A DNA stretch of 62,673 nucleotides, the filler included, from Choristocarpus tenellus KU-1152 (lineage: Eukaryota > Protista > Phaeophyceae), in NCBI GenBank assembly GCA_964200185.2. It is 8 parts of 8 records of this genome, joined end to end, with 100 filler letters (N's around TTAATTAATTAA, not from the genome) between each part and the next. Parts side by side here need not be neighbours in the genome. Positions count along the whole stretch, not along the records: positions 29,971 to 53,371 come from CAXNAD020000250.1; positions 53,472 to 59,225 come from CAXNAD020009840.1; positions 59,326 to 62,673 come from CAXNAD020020646.1; 5 more parts are not named here. The stretch is one strand, 5' to 3'. The translations under genes and the position numbers were made by a program. The notes under the pieces were generated by a model, which ran no database searches, was not told the DNA's origin, and was given only the letters and a program-made list of their open reading frames with translations. Shown here piece by piece: positions 52,345 to 62,673 of this stretch (positions are counted from its first letter, which is position 1; each line of letters begins with the position of its first letter).

Positions 52345-53489
52345 CTAAGGGATGCAAGAAGAGGAGGATCCGCTCTAAGTATCTGTGTACCCAAGACAAT
52401 ATTGATATCATGACTCCAGGCTTTCTCTAGACATAGAACCCACAACATTCTTCGCAAATTCAAAACGAAAACACATGTTTGTCGATAGTCCACTATTCTC
52501 ACGTACCCAAAAGCAGTCCGCTTCATCTGAATGTGAGGACGGCACGTCCATTTGAGTTCTTCACATGCATTAAATTTTGCGTTAGGAGTTTCTCCTTGCC
52601 AAAAAAAGATGTAAATGGAGAGTTCACTTGAGAAGCACTACCCGAGGACATTGTGTTTTGGGGTAGAACGGAAGAACGTAGTATTGAATGGACGTAGAGT
52701 GCCGTTTCGTTACGTGTGTTCCCCGAAACGGAATATATTGAACGGAACATGCATATATTTTTCTAATTTTGGTAGTGTAACCAGAGTATGTAGTACACAT
52801 CACTTTTCTGTTCCACATATCCATGTCACCTCGTGTCTGATGTCAGGTGTGTTCTGGTATGTACAGTACTCCAAATACTTCAGTAAAAATAATATTAACT
52901 ATTGCAAGTCCCGAAATAGTGGATATTTCTATCATTTGCATCTATAGTCAGATGCCCCTCCCTTCTCTTCCACCTGTGATATATCTAGTCCACCCATCTT
53001 GCCAAACCTTGTCGATAGGATTATTAGCCTGCCCTGTGATGCTTCCATCAGTTTAGGATTCCGTTTTCGCCACTTTCAGGCTCAACGTCACCAACAGACC
53101 CCACAGTTGCGCATGTACTTTTAGCAAAGTCATCTCCTTCTGCACACGGGTAGGCATAGAACCCCCCCCCACCATAGCCTAATGTTCGTAGATAGGGGTC
53201 CTGATACACTATAGATATCACTCATGGATTAGACAACAGGATGTAGCGGCCGTGATTGTTCTACCACTGTATATCTTATGTATTGGTCGTCGGAACATTC
53301 TGTTTGCGTACCTGATGTATGACATCATGTATCATCAGAAGTCTTGGTTGATTTGGGCTCAGAGTATCTGGNNNNNNNNNNNNNNNNNNNNNNNNNNNNN
53401 NNNNNNNNNNNNNNNTTAATTAATTAANNNNNNNNNNNNNNNNNNNNNNNNNNNNNNNNNNNNNNNNNNNNATGTCTGGTATTAATATT

Positions 53490-54490
53490 TTAACTCCTGC
53501 ACCCTGCCACTGGACACCTGTTGGATAGGGCCTCCTCCCTCCCTAGGGATCTGCTGACTGTGAGCTTGAATTCCAGAGGGAGGATCTGGCATGCTGGTTC
53601 CAGAGGTTGAGTTGAGGCCCACGCATTTGACCCTTGTCCACACTGGCTCCGGTGGCGCGCTAGGGCTAATAAGGAGCTTTCCCTCCCTTGGTGTGCCTCA
53701 TTTCGACGGTTGATCGGTTGTGTCCCGAAGGAGTCAAAACAGATCTTGTTGAGGAGGCGTGTGATCTCGTGTTGAGCCCTCCTTGTGATCCTGGCGTCAT
53801 GGGAAGATAGAATATGTACCTCTGGGGCAGGTGCAGGTGGTGCTGTTCCCCCCCAGGTTATCCAGTCTTGGCTAATGATTTCAGCAAGGTCTTCTGAGGG
53901 GACACCTGTAGAAAGGAGGGTGTGTATGGACAATCCCAAGGCCTGTATTGTAGGGCTTGTACATACAGCCTGTGAGAAGGACTCGCCATGAGGCCCTTGC
54001 TGCCTTGCTAGGAGGGTGGGGAGAGTAGCCACCAGTGATCCTACGAAAGCCACATGTTGGTGGTGTTTCATAGAGGAGATGCCCAGACCCCCCGCACTTG
54101 TAGGCATCTGTGCCTGTACTTGTTGGTGGGTCTCTAGGCGGAGAGACCTATTGTTGCATCCTCCCTCAAAGAATTCTGTCACCTCTGTCGCATCGGCTAT
54201 CTCCATTATCCTCTTTACTGACCACAGGGAGGTGTTGTTTGCTTGCTCCATGGTGGAGCGTGCCAGGAGGGGGAGATTGACCCTCACAAGATAGCCTAGC
54301 CGGGAGGAGATGGACCAGGAGTTGAGGAGTTGAGGAGCCAGGCCACCTACTTGTTCTCCATCTCGCTTAGGTGTGTGACTAAAGCTCGTGTCCCAGAGCT
54401 CTCTATCACCTCCGCCATGTGAGCTTGAATGAAGTCATCTGTTCCTACTGGAGCCCCTAGAGTGACAAAACTATTGGGGTTCGGGGCCAT
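53490..54490 (-). mobile_element. 5'-truncated, decayed non-LTR retrotransposon (CRE-like), end of RT plus downstream region
   Basis: FVTLGAPVG (end of RT), QAQMPTSAGGLG, ARHRSQ..GSNAW...P, FKLTVSRSLG and a following C-x4-C; internal stops near 54296-54349. Confidence 0.75.
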
Positions 54491-54666
54491 GTCTATATAT
54501 TGCAAAATCATGTATATATATAGCAAAATGTCAGAGGGCATAATAATAAAATTACAAATCTCCAATCAAGAAATTTCTGGATGATGAGAGAGAGGGGTTG
54601 TTTGTGGCGTGTGGTTGACAGAACTACAATACACCTTAAGTTATAAACAGGTATCAGCACAGCGCT

Positions 54667-55320
54667 ATGTTTGACGACATTGTCTTGCTTGACGAGCGCT
54701 TTGTCGCTGAGGGTAAGGCGGCTGGTCGCACAGAGGGGAAATCTCGCGGTTTCAAAGAGGGGGAGGGTTTGGGGAGAGCGAAAGGATTCTCTGTGGGAGC
54801 AGAGGTTGGCTTCTATCAAAGCTGTTGTATGTCCTGGCTGGCTTTGTACAAGGACCGCTCAGGTAACTATCCTACGTGCCCAATGAATATGAGGTCTCCT
54901 CTCCTTCGGAATGTTGTCATTTTTGCCCCTGTCGTTCTGAACTGGTTTCCGGGTCATCCACCATCCACATCCTCGTTGGTCCACAGTCTCCCGTTAGGAG
55001 CACCGAAGAATTCTCTTCACTTACATCCCAGCCCTACGCGCTTTACAGATTTTTTTCCAACATTCAGTGACAAGGCCTTGGGTACCATGAAAGCCCTCGT
55101 GAAACTTGCAGACGGGATTCCACGGGATAATTGTAGGGATGCGAAGGTGCTACAGGACACCCAGCGTATTCGAGCCAAGTTTCGAGCAGTGACAGCTATG
55201 GTAGGCTTTTTAGTGGTCTTCAATCCAGAGGGTCAGGTCAGACCACGTACGACTGAAAAAATGTCCTATTTATTAACCGAAGGCACCATAGGTTGCGAAC
55301 ACTTCCGACTTTCGACTTGA
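54667..55320 (+). CDS. LTO1: LTO1/ORAOV1-like protein (Yae1-Lto1 Fe-S targeting adaptor family)
   Basis: FDDIVLLDERFVAEG followed by Gx3 repeats (G..AG..EG..RG..EG..LG..KG..VG.EVGFY) and IRAKFR. Probable intron 54863-55048. The 3' end may be spliced differently (donor near 55237). Confidence 0.8.
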   Translation: MFDDIVLLDERFVAEGKAAGRTEGKSRGFKEGEGLGRAKGFSVGAEVGFYQSCCMSWLALYKDRSGNYPTCPMNMRSPLLRNVVIFAPVVLNWFPGHPPSTSSLVHSLPLGAPKNSLHLHPSPTRFTDFFPTFSDKALGTMKALVKLADGIPRDNCRDAKVLQDTQRIRAKFRAVTAMVGFLVVFNPEGQVRPRTTEKMSYLLTEGTIGCEHFRLST

Positions 55321-56749
55321 CGTGATTCCTCGTTTCTAGCGCGTGGTAAGTCACAAATTTGCTCCCTAGAAATTACAAGAGGTCTGTCCAGTTACTTGGA
55401 AGTTACTAGGGTCGTGAGTGATTGAGGGAATGTGCCAAAAGGGTATGTTCCTAAATAAGAATCGGTTTCTTACAGTGTAGGTATAGAGGTCGGTTCCGTT
55501 GACAGATTCTTGCTGATAGCAAAACACCTTTTGTCAGTTTTCATGATGCAAGACCAACAATTCCTAATGATCTCTATAGTGTTGTTTTCACCTGTATATA
55601 TTGAACAGTAGGAGTTTGGACACCACCTAGCCATCACACTTCTACCAGCAACACCATAGTGTCACAACTTTGCTGGCCTTCAAAGTTCCAATATCAGTGG
55701 CAGAGTCAACATGTGGACATGTTATTTCTAACTTAATTATCCCATATACACATCCCGATGAAAGTTCAGACAAAGTATGTCGATTATTTTTCTGCCCTCA
55801 GTTTTCAGGCTTAGAGCGGGTGTTAAGTTAGAGAGATACGGGGTTAAATCTTGATAATGTAAAGAATTTCAACATTTTGAAAATTATCTACGAATTTCTG
55901 GCTGTGGGGGTTCATTGTGCTGGGCAGTAGCCTTCTTATCACACTGGATAAGAGCCCATAAAGCATGATGAGTGATATGCAGCAAAAATACGGAACATTT
56001 TGCCTCTAAAAATGAATTGATCTGATTTTTGAGTTTTTTGCTGCATTTTAGTGACTGGCAATTAGGTGCAAACTTTTCTTACATGTACCACCAATGTATT
56101 TTTACTCTGTGATTTTTTTATTTTAATTTTTTACGGTAAACAATATGATGAGACACTGAATTCATTATGCTTTGCTCAACACTGCTGAGATCTCTGATGT
56201 CAAACTTCCGTAAGTACCTAATTTCTCACTATAGGAAGGATCTGCAATACCCTTTAACACAGCAAATCATGGTTCTCCTACCATGGAAAATGACCAATAA
56301 GCCCACATATCTGGGCTTCATCAAGCACCCCAGTTCCCAGATTTGTACATTCAAAATATCCCCAAAATTATACTATTTTTATCTCTCAAGTGCACTCACT
56401 GCATCAAAAAATATCTAGTGCACCCATCTCCTTCCCACTCATGAGTAGGATAGTTGGGTTCTCGTGGCTAGTGTGAGGGCTAACATCGCGCTTTTTCCTC
56501 ACAATGTGCATGGTGTATTGTTAAAGAATGTGTAGAATCCCAAGTCTTGGTATTGAAATATGTAGATTAATTCCTTCTCAGTAATGTTGTAGGAGTTAGA
56601 AAGTTGGTGAGATTCACTATTCAAGAAGGGGGTGTGATAAACCTTTTACTCATCCCTGATCACTAATAACTCGTCACTCAATCTGTGTTGCTATCATAAC
56701 CTGGATAATATTGTCGTGGTAACCTGACAAAGACATTACTATCAATTAT

Positions 56750-57870
56750 CCCGTTATCCAACAATAGTTCAACAAATCAACGTTTCTCCTATGGAGTAGT
56801 CTTTTGCACATGGATAAAATGCATATTCTTAACATGTGTAACTCGTGGTATCCTGTTAGGATTGTGGGTAACATGTAGTGAATGTACCAATTGCAAAATT
56901 GCACTTGCTGTTGCCAAGTTTTGTTAATGTGTGTGAGGAACCACCTAAACTGTGGTATGCTGTAACATGGTCCTGCCATTTTGGCATAAGAGAATATTCA
57001 AATATTTGTCAATGCAAAAATAGTATTTGTACTCTTTAAGTAGTATTTTGTGGTTACGTGGGGTAATACCAATAGTAGACCTGTTCCTCCTGTGGACGTC
57101 TCACAGTTTCGTCCCACTCTGGTGACTTCATTATTCTCTCTCTCTCTCTCCCTCTTTCTGTTGTGGGTTGTTTCAGGTGGCCTTTGACTCCACAATAATG
57201 ATTAGTGCATAGGTCAATGATACCATATGCATGCAGTAACACATATTGGAAGAATATTACGTTTCTTCAAAAAGCCACAAGTTTTCAAATATTTGCTTCA
57301 AGAACAAAAGAACTGTGTGCTATGATACCTGCTACCAATGTTAAAAGTTGTTGTTGTGACACTTATCAAGAAAAACCCCTACAAGTGTATGTGACTTGGA
57401 ATTCTAGGTCAAGTTTGTGCCCCAAAGGATACATATCAAGGTGCTGTTGCCAGTGTAAGTGGTCTTGCCATGAATTGGCGGCGCGTCCACTTTTGCCTAA
57501 CACCAAATATTTGCACATCTGTTGAAGTTGCTCAATATTCCCACTTTGTTGCAAAGCTAAGTCACATGTGACATTTAACAGATGGTGTTCATCCAAAGGT
57601 TGTCTATTGACTTGGACATATTACCTGGTCATGAAAAAAAAAAAAAAAACTGATCCCCGAAAACAATTTGTGGTAATATGGTGATGGCGATGGCATTGAT
57701 GGCCAAGAAAACCCTGGTTTTGGACAGATCAAGCACTGCCTTAAAATCTGGCCTAGTTTCAATGCAAGCCCCATTTTGATTCCTGTGGCTAGTGCATAGG
57801 CATTCCCTTGTAGATCTTGGCACCCACTATCTATATGTGAAATTAGTTTGGTGCCTGAAATTCCCAAGCT
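56750..57870 (-). pseudogene. Possible heavily decayed KDZ/CxC-type transposase relic
   Basis: Fragmented frames give LD...F...PQIVFGD and CET..GG...LPH, reminiscent of the FxCxxC..P..V..DG and TGG....CPHG motifs; weak. Confidence 0.25.
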
Positions 57871-59154
57871 TTGTCAAGAAGCACTCCCTGGAGCGGGATT
57901 GCCATCGTATGGCAAATGTTTCATGACTGTCTTCAGAAATGTTCAATGTTGAAAGGTCAGATGGTGAGGAAAGCTTGCTATCAAAACTCGCGTAACACTG
58001 AGTCAATGGTTCAAAATATGTAGATTTCAATTTAAGAAATGATACAACTGGATATGTTCTGGCATGAAAACTGCTACTCAAACAAGCTAACTGCTAGCAC
58101 CATTTGTAGTGTTTGACTCCTTGTGGATCTTTCAAAGCGTAATGCTAATCTGAATAACTCTTGTCAGACTTGTGAGTTGTGAGTATAAATTTCAAATGTA
58201 AACATAAACTTCAAACTGTTTTGTACATCTTTCTGCCAAAGGTTCTGAGACAGTATCCTTTGAATCATGGGGGTAAGGGGGGTTTTAATGTTAAAGCATG
58301 TACAACACTGCCAATGCTTGGAATGGGGATGGTTTATGGAATGGGACTGGCCATCCATTGGAACAAAGAGAAAATTCCTGACTTGAGAGGTGTACTTTTT
58401 CCTTGGTCGGAAGAGGACAATTTCCTACTCAGTATATTTTCTTGAATGTATGAAAATTATTGGCCATTGCCAGCAGTGATGACATCAGCTATAAATAGGG
58501 CATACACCACTGGCACACATCCTGAGGAAGATTATCAACCTGGATTGAACACATCTTGCCGTTTTATGTTTTTAGGTTTGCCTTGGCAAGCAGGGATCAA
58601 GACAGAGAGGAAAATTCTGACAAAAGACTGTTTGCCCTTTGTTCCCCTCCACCCACTTGTCTAGGCTGAGGCTAAGGACATGTCATTTTGATCGGCGAGC
58701 TCAGTTCATCAGATTGCTTGGGGTCTGGTGAGAAAAATATCACGTCAATACAGTAGTAGAACTCAACAGAAGTGCAAGGAGTTCTCCAGCCAAGATGTAC
58801 ATTTGCACCAGCACCTGTATATAGTTTATGTTTACTTTGAATTAAGGAGGGTATCACATCAGTCTCAATGTGTGACCATTATTTCAGCTGATGTGGTGAA
58901 TTTGATGATTGATCACTGCCACTGATGTTGAACATATGTTTACTGTTTTCTGGTACTGGCTCTATAATATTTTTGCTGTCGGCAGTATGTAGCTGTGATT
59001 GAATTAGTGCTGCAGGCGTAATGCAACACATGCCATTAGATCTTTTGCAGCTGCACAAGTTGGAGACAGAAGTCAAGAAGCTTACTGATATGAGGGACTT
59101 CATGAGGAGGTACTAGGCGAAAATGAGTAGGCTGGACATTATAGTGACACTCCT

Positions 59155-59225
59155 GAGCCATAGTATCTTAAGAGGGTAGAGCCGCGACCATTTGGGGGTC
59201 AAAATCCAATGTTGCGATTTTGATG
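59155..59225 (+). mobile_element. MITE terminus cut by contig end
   Basis: GAGCCATAGTATCTTAAGAGGGTAG...GGTCAAAATCCAATGTTGCGATTTTGATG matches 5951-6033 and the reverse complement of 61626-61696. Confidence 0.75.
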
Positions 59226-59340
59226 NNNNNNNNNNNNNNNNNNNNNNNNNNNNNNNNNNNNNNNNNNNNTTAATTAATTAANNNNNNNNNNNNNNNNNNN
59301 NNNNNNNNNNNNNNNNNNNNNNNNNAAACACAACAACCAC

Positions 59341-59378
<38 letters not shown>

Positions 59379-59490
59379 CAGATGGACGAAAACAACATCA
59401 CACACCGCCCAACAAAACAAAACGCCTTCCCAAAGTCAATCTTGAAAAAAAATAGTACAATAGTCTTTGTATCAACCACCAACATCAAAC

Positions 59491-59725
59491 CTGAGAGCCA
59501 CTGAGCACCAAGTTGGTGTCCTTGTCCCCTATCCTTCCATGACCAAGGCAAGTGACAGACTTTTCATGGCCTGTGAAAAACACCTTACACAGTCCCGAGT
59601 CCAGATCCCAGAGGCGTATCTGTGTATCTTCCGATCTGACATATGTACATGCATACATATATAAATACACACATAAATACATACACAATACACATATATA
59701 AATGCATAAATAATACACATACATA

Positions 59726-59776
<51 letters not shown>

Positions 59777-62642
59777 ACAATATGTAAGATTGATAGGGCT
59801 GCAAAAATCAAATAGTTATAACTGTCAAAAAATGTAACATACACACACACACATATATATATATAATGTGTACAATATGTAAGATTGGTAGGGCTGCAAA
59901 AAAAATATAAGACGTAAATGTGACAAAATGTCCCTGCTCAACACTTGGGATGTTTTTTTTCATTTACACCAAGAGGGTTAACAGCGTACGCAAATGGAAG
60001 GAGAAAAATAATAATAGAAATAGTAATAGAAATGAAAATCACAGAGGCTATTGGAAAGGTGTTAATATAAGATTTTTTTTGTTTATAGTAATGACTACAT
60101 CTACTCTCTTAAAAAATTATATCGAAATCACAGATATTCACAACCCTACACATGATAGATAGATTGATACCTACAGATACACATTACTAAATGTGACATA
60201 TGTTTCTACATACAGATAGTACAAATAAACACATACATACACCACACAAAGGTCTAGAAAGGCAAGAATTGCTGAATGACTAAATTCATTCGCTATATGA
60301 AACTGTCACTACATCAATAATTCATTCACTATATGAAACTGTCACTACATCAATAATTCATTCACTATATGAAGCTGTCAACACATCAATACTTCATTCA
60401 CTATATGAAACTGTCACTACATCAATAATTTATTCACTGTATGAAACTGTCACTACATCAATACTTCATTCACTGTATGAAACTGTCAACACATCAATAA
60501 TTCATTCACTCTATGAAACTGTCACTACATCAATACTTCATTCACTGTATGAAACTGTCACTACATCGATACTTCTCAAAACTAGACACAACACCATTAC
60601 ACATCCATCCACCCACCCACCCATTCACTCACACCAATGTAGCTCATGGTGATGACAGAACAATATGAAACAAATAGAAAAAATCATAGCCAAAGGACAA
60701 AACATGTATACAGCCTAAGCTCATCAATGTGTCAAGTACACAGTAAAGCACAAGTACACTTAACATACACACATAGATGCCACCTCCCCTCATCAAACCA
60801 CATGGGACATTGACATCACGACCTCCAAAATGTGCAAAGGTGTACTCTATGTATATATCAATGCCAGAGGAAAAGGAAGTGTTCTTGGTACTTAAAACAG
60901 TATATTGCAACTATGGATGACCACATAGTACATGGTATATAAAGTACATGGTACATGCCACATATCACAGAGTACATATTAGAGAGCACATAATACATAC
61001 ACCCTACTGTACATGGGAGAGGGTGGAAAAACTGAATCACAAGCACCACCTAAAACCTGTCATTCCTAAAATACCAAACCTCCACTTCATCCACTTTACG
61101 GTTAATAACCATACCTAATAACCACAGTTAATAACATCTGTAATTCTTGCCATTCTTAGACATAATAGTCCTATTACTCAATATTCCACACTGATCAATA
61201 CTCAATATCCCACACTAATTTCATTATCAATATCCAACACTAATTTCGTAATCAATATCACACACTAATCAATAATCAATATCCCACGCCAATCAATTAT
61301 CAATATCACACACTAATCAATACTCAAAATATCACACACTAATTTTAAAATCAACGCTCTTGCCTCGTAAAATAAAATAATAAAATAAACTCATACAGTT
61401 ACTTTACTGTTAACTCAGTTTTGACTGAAGAGTGAAAGTATCTTAGAGGGTACGAGTTTTGCCCTGTTTGTCCATTTGGGGCTTGGCTTCCCTCAGGGTA
61501 TTTTAAGACATTACATACTAAAAAAAAAATCGGAATAGGTAAAATGTGTAGGTTGTGAAAAGGTGCGTCAGGAACAAGGATATTGACACTTAACCCTAAC
61601 CCTAAAAAACACAATAGCCAAAATTTCATCAAAATCGCAACATTGGATTTTGACCCCCAAATGGACGCGACGCTACCCTCTAAGATACTTTGGCTCTGAA
61701 TTGAACGAGAGGTAGGAGGGTGGTGTAAATCCATACAGAAAAAAGGTCAGATACACCTTGTACCCTCTTTTGTCTCAAGTTCACAGGTATACCTTTCACG
61801 GAATTCCATTATGTGAAATTCATCCCCCCACAATACCACCTGAGGTTAAAAAAAAATCCCCATTGTATACTGTATAATCAAATACTGTATACTGTATACA
61901 AGATATTGTATACAAGATATTGAAGTCAGGACTGCTAGAATAATAATGATTTAAACACCACCACAATAACAAATAAATAAATGAAAAACCAAACACCTCA
62001 AGCTTCACGTTTGATCCAAGCTGACCCCGAAGGCTAGAGGTAATCCAAACTTTTATTTTCATCAATAGTACTAGAGTACCGTTAATAGTACTAGAGTACC
62101 GTTAATAGTACTAGAGTATCGTCAATAGTACTAAGAGTACCGTTAATAGTACTCCAGTATCGTTAATAGTACTAGAGTACCGTTAATAGTACTAGAGTAC
62201 TGTTACTGCATCACATCACACTAAAAATCAATCAACCTCAACAACAGAAGCGAAAAAAGCCTTCCAAGAATACACGAACCCATCCATCCATCCATCCACC
62301 CACCCATCCACCCACCCACCCACCAATCTTTTGCCTTCACCGTCACTTTCAATGAATCTCAACCTATCCATAGACCAAACAAGCAAATACCCCCCTTCTC
62401 CCATTCACCCAAAGGGGTCTTTTTCTCCTGACTCACCCACTGACTGCCAGCCAAGACAAACCACCCAACGGGCGAGGGCCAACTGAAAGAGCTGTTATTC
62501 CCCCGTTATGCCCTGTGAAGGTCTTGGACTTGAATGAGCTATGGCTAACTCCGCCTGCCCCAGTTCCTGTCCCAAGGAAGGCACTGAAGCCTCTCAGGGG
62601 AAGGATGGTCTCTTGGTGGTCAGCTCCGTTCTGCATGAACAT
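59491..62642 (-). CDS. WD40-repeat protein, internal fragment
   Basis: An exon ending at 62437 (FTGHNGGITALSV...LAVSG) splices in phase 2 to 59635-59491 (SEDTQIRLWDLDSG...FTGHEKSVTCL...LVLSGSQ), giving two GH...WD-type repeats. Confidence 0.85.
60283..60575. repeat. 36-bp minisatellite, 8 copies
   Basis: Unit AATTCATTCACTATATGAAACTGTCACTACATCAAT starts at 60283, 60319, 60355, 60391, 60427, 60463, 60499 and 60535, with no spacers. Confidence 0.95.
61175..61345. repeat. Degenerate ~24-bp tandem repeat (TCAATATCCCACACTAATCAAT..)
   Basis: About 7 diverged copies visible. Confidence 0.75.
61430..61696. mobile_element. Complete 267-bp MITE with TIRs and 4-bp TSD (Sola2-like non-autonomous element)
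   Basis: Left end GAGTGAAAGTATCTTAGAGGGTA; reverse complement of right end GAGCCAAAGTATCTTAGAGGGTA; flanked by TGAA at 61426-61429 and 61697-61700. Confidence 0.8.
62062..62205. repeat. 20-bp minisatellite, about 7 copies
   Basis: Unit AATAGTACTAGAGTACCGTT containing the palindrome TAGTACTA. Confidence 0.95.
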
Positions 62643-62673
62643 GGGGGGGGGGGGGGGGGGGTCTTCCCCGACA

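Noticed and set aside
6034-59325. Regularly recurring TTAATTAATTAA motif between N runs, and any gene-cluster interpretation spanning it
   Set aside because: Artificial six-frame-stop linker joining unrelated contigs.
60283-60575. 36-bp repeats as a CRISPR array
   Set aside because: Units are contiguous with no unique spacers, lie in a eukaryotic intron, and no cas genes are present.
62062-62205. 20-bp palindrome-containing repeats as CRISPR or iterons
   Set aside because: Head-to-tail minisatellite without spacers, in an intron.

Overview
Eukaryotic, intron-rich genomic DNA, most likely a stramenopile such as a brown alga (inferred from gene and intron style, not proven). The window is not one locus. 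It is eight separate contigs (1-6033, 6134-11130, 11231-22409, 22510-26137, 26238-29870, 29971-53371, 53472-59225, 59326-62673) joined by artificial 100-nt N44-TTAATTAATTAA-N44 spacers, so adjacency across spacers means nothing. Manual splicing gave complete models for a TM9SF/nonaspanin (13 exons, one GC-AG intron), YKT6 (5 exons), a DNAJC17/Cwc23-like J+RRM protein and an LTO1/ORAOV1-like gene. Partial genes: a divergent centrin-like EF-hand protein, an inward-rectifier K+ channel C-terminus carrying an apparent ~290-aa insert, a USP (C19) deubiquitinase, a WD40 protein and two uncharacterised proteins. Mobile DNA includes a truncated CRE-like non-LTR retrotransposon, a MITE family with GAG...CTC termini and a 4-bp TSD (Sola2-like) that sits at six contig ends, and a decayed, spliced transposase-like gene fused to Tudor-like domains. 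The best candidates for something undescribed are that transposase-Tudor fusion with its possible MITE family, and the Kir channel insert. Both rest on motif recognition by eye and need database searches. No CRISPR, rRNA or tRNA was seen.
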